This document shows, piece by piece, positions 10,001-16,218 of a DNA stretch of 64,000 bases. Position numbers and translations under genes: made by a program. How positions within the stretch are numbered: position 1 is the first letter of the stretch; every line of letters starts with the position of its first letter. The notes under the pieces are model-generated. The model saw nothing but the letters and a program-made list of their open reading frames with translations. It was not told where the DNA came from and ran no database searches. Origin of the DNA: an uncultured Phycisphaeraceae bacterium (GTDB lineage Bacteria > Planctomycetota > Phycisphaerae > UBA1845); the NCBI GenBank assembly GCA_964586145.1, contig CAZPHH010000006.1:15337-79336 (forward strand), in the 5' to 3' direction.

Positions 10001-10800
10001 ACGTCGCGGGCCAGCGCGAAGATGGTGATGGAGTTCGTCTGCTGGAACTGAGACGTCAGGACGTAGTCCGGCAGGAAATCCCGAAAGGGCGTGAGGTCGT
10101 CGATGGTGCCGCTCTCCGGCGTGTAGAGCACCATCACCAGTTCCATCTCGTCGAGATTGGCCTCGCGGTACAGCGACTCCTTGACGTAGATCCGGCCCTG
10201 CGGAAGAAACCGCTTCATGTCCGATACCCGTCGAACCGCGAAGCCGTCCTTCTCCTTCTGGATGTAGTACTGCTGCGGGTGAGCGAACAGAAGGTTGCGG
10301 ACCCGACTCAGCACCCTCTCGTAGTCCAGGACTTCCGTGGTCACGAAATTGACGGGGCCGCCCGGGGGCCGCTCGCCGAGGACGGCCACGCCCGTGGCCC
10401 GCTGGAACCCGTCGATCAGGTCGGCGTACGTGCCGTCCTTGATGCTGAACTCGTACTTCCGCTCCTCCGGCGGCTTGCCCAGGTTGTCCGGGCTGACGAT
10501 CACGCTGTCGGACACCGGGGCGGAGCGCTCGGCGGGCGGACCCATGTAGTCCTGCGGCTCCGGGTTGCGAGGCGCACTCCGCGGGGTTGTGCGCCGCTGC
10601 ACGCCCGTCGAAGAAGTGTTCGACTTGCGAATGTTGCTGGAGGGCGGGTCGGCGCTCGGACCGGCCGGGGCCAGTTGCGCCCAGACCAGGCAGGCCGCCC
10701 AGGCCCAGATCGCGGCAGCCCGTGCCGCCCCGTATGTCGCCGTCTTGTGCGTACTGCTGCGAATCATCGTTCTGTCCTCGCTGTCCGGCGGGATCTCCAC
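1078..10800 (-). CDS. Giant (3240 aa) secreted protein made of ~30 tandem secretin N-domain (Secretin_N-like) modules; no secretin beta-barrel domain
   Basis: This is a single uninterrupted ORF. A more likely start is M12 at 10767 (MIRSSTHKTATYGAARAAAIWAWAACLVWAQLA, signal-like). The module pattern recurs throughout. Examples are VRFFELENADANQTAQLLRSFL, IVEVYDLKYADPGSTINALNAAF, ILAETRTNSLLVFATEAELMQVQAMVENLDV and LSADRRTNSILLAGARSRFEEVENLIRTLE. The C-terminus (...IIRPKNMSPDEIKGVLQGVMEDNTSGSGTRGGARPRRR) lacks any VP.LG.IP.LG.LF-type secretin motif. The gene sits at the end of the pseudopilus operon. Confidence 0.85.
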   Translation of the reverse strand: MEIPPDSEDRTMIRSSTHKTATYGAARAAAIWAWAACLVWAQLAPAGPSADPPSSNIRKSNTSSTGVQRRTTPRSAPRNPEPQDYMGPPAERSAPVSDSVIVSPDNLGKPPEERKYEFSIKDGTYADLIDGFQRATGVAVLGERPPGGPVNFVTTEVLDYERVLSRVRNLLFAHPQQYYIQKEKDGFAVRRVSDMKRFLPQGRIYVKESLYREANLDEMELVMVLYTPESGTIDDLTPFRDFLPDYVLTSQFQQTNSITIFALARDVNKFIELVKKFAEGGQTPNPTRLEILEVRYVPATQALNTLKQMVSGFSDAAVNRPQVRRGAPQPTAADAWPIDAYADDANRRILFRAVPEKIQEIREFLALIDIRESRDFAPVVIQLQHIAVEDFLSIANPILTGAPGAPAAPQRRPPRQPRAAAPPANVNADNLTIIPRPDQNQLIVVGDDEQVQQVHDLVAQFDVVQPDPYRRVEMENTTDLEKRVTEAQTLFDIIHGDGSGLRFVADPSGTSVIIAGGTAADIERAVTILRELDVAQDEETLHKARLRHARPSVVANMLKALDAGAAPTAPAAAAPRRGRQAPRRPTAAAQTGEKFQGDDSTNMLYVLCSDDEWNDRYWPLIQDLDADAEIPIEWQRVPVAHAEPQQIVETLQQILTQMGLAEAVKLAADADAVLVAGASPAQMTRLEELVARYDIDASLEQRTFRLRYIAPAEARGVIQALILDQAGPQAPVRRPPRRPGNQPQAPVAVSVSGSDVKIAEIGNSLLVIAPTETMGKIAGLLEELDVPQAGDATQVRFFELENADANQTAQLLRSFLDMKYAEAVASGALKAAAPGGKGPAQASLLVEPDATKGRLLVVAPGVLMAEAEMMIAELDRVGDGPRVIRTVKLEKADATEMANTINAMLSGGTRTAAIRRPDRGGARRGGAPGSPPTPTPAASPAGPSGQDVTVLPAPGGNALVLAGHAEQVNEVEGWIRLLDAEADTGASTKVYTLRNCAPEDFADIVFTLVDSGGLPPKPKTDDWFAPVGGPRKGKDIALVTDTWGGTMVVMASPAKIAQIDSLHALYEGTEEEEPQVGSTSSDHLPTKMIELMWADPYDAVFQLEGMIDQFYEEGKGPKVDYISFTKLLTLRGDPGTFPQVEEWIREYIDKPSREQTALKTLAVPIPRVGLSAREIALILQSRFPGVPIDVDAADPNAIDYESLVEQVTPLSPADTSGIEESQTLPCVLPAGLVADLDVLVAATAALTDTDEEKKPPTTQPADDSPQATVDDVRRAMVGPDVPMEDATNAEAETTEPERVPVKIRYDNQTGVLILEGLGRDLTDIRDMLDKLGTDLGDVPLPPDIRVYRMKYVDVRVAAQLLEAMFNIPQQRIPTPRTQRGQQPGGQPGQPGQPGQPGQPEGERGGRRPGEPGQPTPEQQAQQQAQQQQQMLQQQMAAMAGNIRVVPDPRTRTLVIRAATQDFPSIVKLLATIDRKSEKQEDFKIIELKKLNAGEVEALLKSLLGIGRGRTGGTRPTPRGGATAAAAAAAAAQMGEQIIEMAGAEEAGINVAEDINLTSNPATNTLMVMGPPPAIKLVEELVAKLEAQDVPQRELRTRVLKYADAKKIAPQLERLFKAGTTGRRQATSGFDPSGLNEPTVIVDEDGNALVISALSIDFPRIEELIETLDQQIDAQVMEFPLPSILDATRVSKALGTAYTSRSSAGGAKRVVITAESETNTLFIAAPVELREELAQRIESMKTKALEESKPKVILVKEATPTVLAEKLKTALGQTGRDAVMNIVGDDDTMQLFVKAPDELMPQIESMVEILDKPMTLIDMRIYKLNYARATLVLDQMQAMVRGLAGGSRQALSKMDVFSATADARTNSIIVMGGTSTFRLVEEVLKTIDVPDAQPVAIETVVYHLARAQAADVARNINNLFGGRTLDGLDPPRAEANLATNTVLVRGTRKQQEEIKGQVIDKLDEFAGTPTIPLITETIQLAYLNADDAAAQISQEFANRQKAYRDAQVQNVNPAELTVSVTPRVSSKQIVVLASQANVDQIKTMVAELDKEGAGMLTARESRTYSLEWLDAGAAANAINTMFRVSGVRMAEIDQVSTAVVSTTQMVVTASADNHEVIANLLKELDVDKGQGKVQQFYTMKNARASDVANTVNQIIGVRGRTRTGQLPVTVVPDDAMNLLVLSGTPAEIEEVQQIIVQLDQEPTNLTGRIVEVYDLKYADPGSTINALNAAFPRTRGQRLEDEVAFGYTWGTSALVATASPQNQTKIKELLEKIDVEGTRRTTHTIELTEANADEVAQRLQQLFRQTTRTRQGDTTMQIMSDSRTNSLLVFSTEAELEQVKTLVATLDVPAKMQTERTLRSYTLEWIDASAAANAINTLFRVSGTRLPEKDQVMPAVVSSTQLAVTASLDNHARIEGLLKELDVDKGQGKVTHFYTMHKARASDVANTVNQVLGAKGGRTRTGQLPVTVTPDDAMNLLIMSGAPAEIEEVEQIIVQLDQEPTNLTGRIVEVYDLKYADPGSTINALNAAFPRTRGQRAEDEVSFGYTWGTSALVATASPQNQAKIKELLGKIDVEGTSRTTHLIPLKEANADEVAQKLQTLFRATQRARQGDTTMQILAETRTNSLLVFATEAELMQVQAMVENLDVKPTGDAERTVQVYPVQFADPSGIVNAINAQYSQYRASPRDQVTAVVEHGTQSVVVSASAKRHAEVASLIKEVDVEGSQVRATRVVKIEHANAEDLARTLSAAFQRVSTRRGEQMRISADPGTNALVVFASDKEMTELSPLIESLDVEPDLEKDRQFRAFKLTYGMVWDVAEMITQSFRGGRTARDQVTAVPDWGSSSIFVTASPENMKRIEELVKQVDTKSDVAQQVRIVQIKHGDADNIAQTLTEVFSEGGGGGRRSWMPQRGGISITHTPGTDTLLIKARDTEFEEIMAVLEQLDTPERGPGEIRTFALKFMDATEMQGILETYLQKPGSSTGGRRGGAAGGLSGDVRISVSSATNSLVVSGGKDQLDRVAAVIAEIDVEILDGGNRPEFMKLKYATPSLIEPILTQMFVDTARGRGGRGATATQMVPVIVADDPSDQLIVRANPTDMSLIRTMVDTLDTEDASLETGIKVVPLQPGVDVTELASMLQELLDADAKVKESMSSSRGKAQADRVVLSADRRTNSILLAGARSRFEEVENLIRTLEKQGPVGGRTAVIIRPKNMSPDEIKGVLQGVMEDNTSGSGTRGGARPRRR
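2839..4623 (-). repeat. Intragenic tandem duplication, two ~891-894 bp (297/298 aa) units of four N-domain modules each
   Basis: Unit 1 starts at SRTYSLEWLDAGAAANAINTMF (codons at 4623 downward). Unit 2 starts at LRSYTLEWIDASAAANAINTLF (3732 downward), an offset of 891 nt. Long stretches are identical, for example QLDQEPTNLTGRIVEVYDLKYADPGSTINALNAAFPRTRGQR and GYTWGTSALVATASPQNQ. The duplication is mirrored in the antisense track ORFs 2858-3172 and 3752-4066. Confidence 0.9.
6603..6647 (-). repeat. Five tandem 9-nt units (CCGGCTGRC) encoding (GQP)5 inside a Gln/Gly/Pro/Ala low-complexity hinge
   Basis: The plus strand reads ccggctggc ccggctgac cgggctgac cgggctggc ccggctggc. The surrounding protein is ...RGQQPGGQPGQPGQPGQPGQPEGERGGRRPGEPGQPTPEQQAQQQAQQQQQMLQQQMAAMAG (about nt 6485-6700). 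Confidence 0.85.
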
Positions 10801-10844
10801 TGGCGTCCCGCCTCAAGGTCTCGGGGCCGGATCGGTCTCGGCGA

Positions 10845-12143
10845 TCACGCCGACGCCGATCGCACAACACCCTCCCCGCGCGCCGTTGGTCCGGCCGTTC
10901 CCATCGGACGGGCGGACGGGGAACCCACGCCCTCGTCCGCGCCGGTGACGGCCGGCGCCGTCTCCACCGCCGGTCCGTCCGGTCCGTTTGTATTCATCTC
11001 GTCCATGCCGTTCGTGTCCGGATCCATCGGGTACTCTTCGTCCTCCGGCGTTTCCGCCGGCTGCGGTTCAAGTCCCCGGTCGGGTTCGTCGTCCGCGCCC
11101 TCGCCGGCATCGTGTCTCGACGGCACCAGGGGTCCGACCGGGTCTTCCAGGGCCTTCAGATTGGCGACGCCGACCAGAACTTCGGGATAGGCAGTCGCGG
11201 TTTCCACCGGCACGCAGTCTGCCAATCGCTCGCCGGTGGGGTAGAAGTATTCTTCTCCGTCCTCTGTACGCGTCACGGCGCCCAGGGGATGCACCCAGAT
11301 GATGGTGCCGCCGTCAAGGTCGTCCCCAATGCCCTTCTGTTCACGCAGCGTGCTGTTTACGCGGCTGCCGATGGTCACGTCGCTCCCCCCGTACCTCCAG
11401 ACCATCGTGATGAACTTCTCATCGCGGAGCGGGTCAAAATTCCGCTGACGCTCAGGGGGTCCCGGGGCTTCCACGTCCACCACGACGACGGGGGGCGGTG
11501 GCGGCACCGGTTGCGGAACCGGCGGCCAGAACGGCGGTTCGGCCATGGCCAGCAGGTCCGGATCGTTGTGCTTGATGATCGCATCGGGAGGCTCGCCCGG
11601 TTTGATCGGACCGGCCGCCTTCATCCGGGGCAGCACGGCGACCTCCAGGTCGGCGTCGATCTTGACTTTGTCCTCCCGAAGCCGGCGGCTGGCCGGCAGG
11701 AGCTTGAGGCTGGTGCACTGCGCCACACTGGGCAGCTCGTGCAGGTTCCGCACAAACCGCAGGGCATCGGGCCACGTGCCCTCGGCGGATATCGAGAACC
11801 GGATCGTAACGATTCCGGTCCGGGGATCGGGGGTGGATCTCGGTGCGACGCGAGGCCGGTCGAGGTTGGAGGCGCCAATCAACTCGTCGAGGCGCGGCTT
11901 GATCTGATGCTCCACGACGCCGGGGTCGGTCGAGCCGGTTCGGTCGACGTATTCCGCGTACCGGGCCTGGTCATCCTGGAACTGGGTTTGAATCTTCTCG
12001 AGGTCTTCCAGCTTCTGGCGGGCGTCGGCGATCCGCGTCGTGTAGTCAAACGCGCGGCGCAGGCCCGGCGCCGCGCGAGAGACGACGATCACGCCCGTCA
12101 CCACCGCAAACCCGATCAGGAGTTTCTTCTCGCTTGCCTTCAT
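10845..12143 (-). CDS. GspM/PilO-like inner-membrane assembly protein with long Pro/acidic C-terminal extension
   Basis: The N-terminus MKASEKKLLIGFAVVTGVIVVSRA forms a TM helix. A coiled coil follows (ADARQKLEDLEKIQTQFQDDQARYAEYV). The gene lies directly after the GspL-like gene. The family call rests on architecture and context only. Confidence 0.5.
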   Translation of the reverse strand: MKASEKKLLIGFAVVTGVIVVSRAAPGLRRAFDYTTRIADARQKLEDLEKIQTQFQDDQARYAEYVDRTGSTDPGVVEHQIKPRLDELIGASNLDRPRVAPRSTPDPRTGIVTIRFSISAEGTWPDALRFVRNLHELPSVAQCTSLKLLPASRRLREDKVKIDADLEVAVLPRMKAAGPIKPGEPPDAIIKHNDPDLLAMAEPPFWPPVPQPVPPPPPVVVVDVEAPGPPERQRNFDPLRDEKFITMVWRYGGSDVTIGSRVNSTLREQKGIGDDLDGGTIIWVHPLGAVTRTEDGEEYFYPTGERLADCVPVETATAYPEVLVGVANLKALEDPVGPLVPSRHDAGEGADDEPDRGLEPQPAETPEDEEYPMDPDTNGMDEMNTNGPDGPAVETAPAVTGADEGVGSPSARPMGTAGPTARGEGVVRSASA

Positions 12144-12158
12144 CGTCCGTCCGTCTTC

Positions 12159-13865
12159 TCAGCCGCGGTCGCCTCGCGTGGGCGGCGTGCCGCCGTTCCT
12201 CCGGGCCAAATCCGGCCGCCCCCGCGTGCCCACCACGGTAATGTCCAGCTTGCCCGACACAGGGTGCGTTCCGTGTGCCGCGGTGCTGGTGGCCCCGAGC
12301 TTCACCTCGTAGTGGCGGCCCGGTGCGCCTTGCACCCGGAACTCCTGCAAACGATTCACCAGCTCCGTCAGGACCTGCGGCACCGTCGCCTTCACCCGAA
12401 GGGTGATCAACTGATCCTTCTGCTGCATGGCGATGTCATCCAGCACCAGTTGGTCGGTGCCTGGCAAGCACGCCAGAATGTCGTGCAGCTCGTCAATCCA
12501 GATGATCTGTCTTTCCTCCAGGTCGCGAACCGCCCCGACCAGGCTGCTCAACTGGTCCATCTCTCTCCGGTTTGAGCGCGCTTCCTCGATCTGCCTCTCC
12601 AGCTCCGCCAGTTGACGCTTCTGCGGCGTGACGGTCTGGAAATACAGAACGCCGGCCGCCGCAAGGAACAGCGCCGCCACGGCGGCCACGATCGGCAGCT
12701 TGCGAAGACGTTGCTCCGTCTTCGTCACCACCTTCTTGGGATGCAGAAAATCAATGTGGTCTTCCGGCCGGGACGTCTGGGCCTCGATCAGCCCCAGCAC
12801 CGCCGCGAAGCCGCAGGCCTCCCGACCCCGATCGCCGTCCCAGCCGAAGTGAACGGCCGGGCTGAACAGCTCGGCGGTCATGTCGAAACGGTCGCGCAGG
12901 GCCTCGGCCAGCCGCTCTTCCAGACCGGTATCGCCTCCGATCACCACGTGGTTGATCGTCACGCCCGGCTCTTCCGAGCGGTACGCCTCGACGGACCGTA
13001 CCACTTCCATCACCAGGGCGTTCAACGCCGCGGACCGTTCGTCACCGCGAGCCGGCGGCGGGCTGCCCGACAGGCGAAGGGACAGTCCCTCATCCGGCGT
13101 CGACGGCGGCTCTGTCCGCGATGCCCCGCGGGCGTGCGGTTCGGACTCCCTCGGCACCGCCACGGAAGCCGCCCGCGTGAACGTGAGTTGGCCGCCGGAA
13201 ATCACGTCGATTTCCGTGAACGTGCTGCCCACGTCCACGAACAGCACCCGCTCGTGGCGACCGGCGTCCAGCACGGCATTGACGGCCAGGCGGTTTGCGT
13301 GGGGCCGCAGGCCGGCCCGCATCAGCTTCAGACCCGCCGCCTTCAGGATGGCCCGGTACGAATCGAGCACGTCCAGCCGCACGGCCGCGACCACGGCGCT
13401 GAGCGTGCCGCGCTCGCCATCGGGCACGGGGGCCGCGTAGTCGACGGCCGCCTGGGACGCCGGGAACGCCAGCTCTCGCTCAAACTGCATGGCGACGACC
13501 CCGGGCAGATCTTCCGGCGCTGCCGGCGGCAGGCCGCGGAGTCGCTTGACCGTCACGCGGTCCCGCGGCAGGCCGATCAGCACGTCGCGGGTCCGGATGC
13601 GCTCGCGGTCCAGAAACTCGCGAAGCAGACCGCCAAAGGCCTGCGGATCGGCCGGCCTGACGTCCGGCGGGATGGCAAGGGACTGGACGCGGAGGATGCG
13701 GCTGCGGCCTTTCCGGACGGCCGCATGCACCACGCGTACGTCGTGATCGTCCCAGTCCAGGGCGAGGAACTGTTTTTCAACGAGCGCTGGCAACACCCAG
13801 TTGCCCTCCTTTCCGTTCATCCTCCAGCCGCAACGGGTATCCGACACCCAGCGGCGTGAGGTCAC
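12159..13865 (-). CDS. PilM-PilN / GspL-like fusion (actin-like ATPase-fold domain + TM + coiled coil)
   Basis: PilM-like motifs are present: LALDWDDHDVRVVHA, VLFVDVGSTFTEIDVISGGQLTFTRAASVA and VVIGGDTGLEERLAEALRDRFDMTAELFSP. A TM helix (LPIVAAVAALFLAAAGVLYF) follows, then a PilN-like coiled coil (QKRQLAELERQIEEARSNRREMDQL). An alternative start is M16 at 13820. Confidence 0.65.
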   Translation of the reverse strand: MTSRRWVSDTRCGWRMNGKEGNWVLPALVEKQFLALDWDDHDVRVVHAAVRKGRSRILRVQSLAIPPDVRPADPQAFGGLLREFLDRERIRTRDVLIGLPRDRVTVKRLRGLPPAAPEDLPGVVAMQFERELAFPASQAAVDYAAPVPDGERGTLSAVVAAVRLDVLDSYRAILKAAGLKLMRAGLRPHANRLAVNAVLDAGRHERVLFVDVGSTFTEIDVISGGQLTFTRAASVAVPRESEPHARGASRTEPPSTPDEGLSLRLSGSPPPARGDERSAALNALVMEVVRSVEAYRSEEPGVTINHVVIGGDTGLEERLAEALRDRFDMTAELFSPAVHFGWDGDRGREACGFAAVLGLIEAQTSRPEDHIDFLHPKKVVTKTEQRLRKLPIVAAVAALFLAAAGVLYFQTVTPQKRQLAELERQIEEARSNRREMDQLSSLVGAVRDLEERQIIWIDELHDILACLPGTDQLVLDDIAMQQKDQLITLRVKATVPQVLTELVNRLQEFRVQGAPGRHYEVKLGATSTAAHGTHPVSGKLDITVVGTRGRPDLARRNGGTPPTRGDRG

Positions 13866-15381
13866 GGTAGTAGATGATCTGGGCCACCGGCCCCCGCATC
13901 TGCAGGGCGGCCTGGATTCGTGAGACGGTGCCCACGTGCGTCGCGAACCCGACGGATTCCACCTCGAACTGGAACCCGCGGGTGGTGACGAACGGAATCA
14001 CCTCGGCCATCGTCTCCTCGTCCACGACGTTGTGGATGAGGAGCCAGGCCGGCGTGCGCTTGGCGGTGGAGTCCAGCGCAGCCCGCTGCGTCACGATGTC
14101 GTCCACCATCTGGGCCGTGAGGTGCGGAACGCAGCGCAGCACCTCCGCCGGCGCGGTGTTCACGTCGATCAGCCCGACCTGCTCCGGCTCAATCCAGAGC
14201 GAGAGGCGGTCCAGAATGCGGTGGAAATCCTCCAGGCCAAACGGGCTCGGAAGCCACTGGCCGCCGCCCTGGGGCACGGGCTTGAGCAGGTCAACCAAGC
14301 TGTACATGGTGGTCATCCGCACCCGCGTTCCGCCGCGCCGGGTGTTCCTACCGCGGTTGCCGGCGGGCTGGGAAGTCGACGGCTCGCCGCCGGTCCCGTT
14401 CGAATTCGCCTCGTCGGAGTAATCCGCGGCCAGGGCGGCGGCGATGAAGTCCAGCTCCTCTTCCGAGAAGTACTCCGCCATATCTTCGCGAATCCCATCG
14501 ATCCCCTGTCCGATGTAGAACCGCGGCTTGTTGTCGTTGGCCGTGTTGTAATCACGCGAGTAGACCGTCATGTACGGATAGAGACCGCGGTTCAACTCGC
14601 CGTCGCCGTCGTCCAGCGGGAACGACAGGTCGCCGTCGTTCTCGTTCGCCGACAGCAGCCCGTTCCGGTCGTAGTCTTCGCCGTACAGAATCTGGCCGGT
14701 GAAGCCGCGGACCATGAGAAGCTCCTCGACCGTGTCAAACGGAGCGTTCTTCGGCCGGTACGGCGGATCCAGCGTGGCGTAGTAGGCGGACTCGGCCCCG
14801 TGCTCACCCGGGATGTCGTCCTCGTCCCGCCAGTCCATCAGGGCGTCCACCAGCTCCTCGACCGGCGCCTCCGGAAAAATCTGTGTGATCAGGGTCCGGA
14901 GCTGGTCGCGGCTGGCGACATTGATGTTCAGTCTGGCCGCCTCGTTCGTCAGTCCGTAGCGAACATTCTGGTCATCCGCCGGATCATCCGCGACAATGCT
15001 GAAGAGGAACGCGGGCCGCCGGTCGTTCTCCACCTCGGTGGAATCGGGCAGGCCCAGCTCCGTGGGCTCCAGATCGCCCCGCCAGACGAGGGCGCGGCGC
15101 AGCTCGTCCGGATTGCTGTACCACGCGTCCGTCTCCAGACGGCGTTCCCGGAGCAGCAGCATGACCCGCTGGATGCCCGCATCCGCCGCCTGGCGGGCCT
15201 GGAACCGGTGAAACGCGCCTTGGGTCACCGCCAGATCGGCGTTCATCTCAAAGGAGAAACTCGCCGCCAGCAGCGCGACAAGCACCAGCACCAGAAGCAC
15301 CACCGGCAGCACGAAACTCCGGCGCACCCGCCCCGCGGGCGGTTGCGTTCGGCAGAAATGGAGGTTCGCACGTGGGCTCAT
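13777..15381 (-). CDS. gspK: GspK-like minor pseudopilin
   Basis: The N-terminal hydrophobic segment RRSFVLPVVLLVLVLVALLAASF lacks Glu+5, which is typical of GspK. Helix-hairpin-helix-like repeats are present, including IDVNTAPAEVLRCVPHLTAQMVDDIVTQRA and LNINVASRDQLRTLI. The gene sits after the J-like gene. Confidence 0.7.
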   Translation of the reverse strand: MSPRANLHFCRTQPPAGRVRRSFVLPVVLLVLVLVALLAASFSFEMNADLAVTQGAFHRFQARQAADAGIQRVMLLLRERRLETDAWYSNPDELRRALVWRGDLEPTELGLPDSTEVENDRRPAFLFSIVADDPADDQNVRYGLTNEAARLNINVASRDQLRTLITQIFPEAPVEELVDALMDWRDEDDIPGEHGAESAYYATLDPPYRPKNAPFDTVEELLMVRGFTGQILYGEDYDRNGLLSANENDGDLSFPLDDGDGELNRGLYPYMTVYSRDYNTANDNKPRFYIGQGIDGIREDMAEYFSEEELDFIAAALAADYSDEANSNGTGGEPSTSQPAGNRGRNTRRGGTRVRMTTMYSLVDLLKPVPQGGGQWLPSPFGLEDFHRILDRLSLWIEPEQVGLIDVNTAPAEVLRCVPHLTAQMVDDIVTQRAALDSTAKRTPAWLLIHNVVDEETMAEVIPFVTTRGFQFEVESVGFATHVGTVSRIQAALQMRGPVAQIIYYRDLTPLGVGYPLRLEDERKGGQLGVASAR

Positions 15382-15390
15382 GATACCGAC

Positions 15391-16218
15391 CTACCGGGCG
15401 CTCTCCGCCTCCTCAAACGACGACGCCTCCCGCGTGATCCTCGATCCGAAGAACGGATCGGCCTGCAGCATCCGCACCATCACCACGTACCGATCCTCGT
15501 ACAGCTCGCGGAGCTGGTAGCCTTCCAGGTTCGCCTCGTCGTCCACGATCTGCAGGCCGCGGTACTCCTCCGGCAGCACCGCCGTATACCCCACCGTGAT
15601 CCGCACCATCTGCGGCAGCGTGTTTCCCCCCTGAATCTCCCACGTGTCCCACCAGGTCGCTCCGTCGTAATACCGGAACTCGATGAACTTGATCTCCGGG
15701 GCGTACAACTCCTCCTTGATCGCCGCGTACTCGTCGGTGCCCTCGTCGCCCTCGATGATCACCGCCTGGTTGAACGTCTGCGTCTCGCGCCGCACCAGAC
15801 CCAGCGGCCGCGGGTTGCCCTCTTCGTCCAGGTTCTCCTCGTCCCACGCGATGTAGTAGCGCACCTCCCGCAGGTCGAACTGCCCGGCCAGCGGCTGATC
15901 CGTGATCTGCCGCCGCCGCATCAGTTCCTTGCTCGGCAGGGTCAGCGTGTAGACCGAGATCGCGTTCTTCATGCCGATCAGACCGGTGCCGTACCCCGTC
16001 GTGTAGCCGGTGGCCGTTCGCACCTCCTCGGCGATTCGGTCCAGCACGACGCGGGCCAGTTGCAGGTCGCGAGTCCGCTGAAGGCCGTCGTCACGGGCGA
16101 CCAGCGACGACGAGTAGAACGAGTAGAGCGTGCTCAGCAGAACGACGAGCAGGCCCGTGGCGATGATCATCTCGATCAACGTAAAGGCGGACCGGGTTGT
16201 CCGGGTTCCACGTCTCAC
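15391..16218 (-). CDS. Minor pseudopilin (GspJ-like), prepilin-type N-terminus
   Basis: The N-terminus is RSAFTLIEMIIATGLLVVLLSTLY, a prepilin cleavage/methylation motif with Ala at -1 and Glu+5. It has a 4-nt stop/start overlap with the upstream gene (16215-16218). Confidence 0.65.
   Translation of the reverse strand: MRRGTRTTRSAFTLIEMIIATGLLVVLLSTLYSFYSSSLVARDDGLQRTRDLQLARVVLDRIAEEVRTATGYTTGYGTGLIGMKNAISVYTLTLPSKELMRRRQITDQPLAGQFDLREVRYYIAWDEENLDEEGNPRPLGLVRRETQTFNQAVIIEGDEGTDEYAAIKEELYAPEIKFIEFRYYDGATWWDTWEIQGGNTLPQMVRITVGYTAVLPEEYRGLQIVDDEANLEGYQLRELYEDRYVVMVRMLQADPFFGSRITREASSFEEAESAR

Noticed and set aside
3745-11190. Very long plus-strand ORFs (3745-7434, 1229 aa; 7612-11190, 1192 aa) opposite the giant gene
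   Set aside because: These are antisense shadow ORFs, typical of high-GC DNA. Their translations are monotonous Arg/Gly/His/Leu/Val/Asp strings with no motifs. The minus-strand frame carries clear repeated domain structure and operon context.
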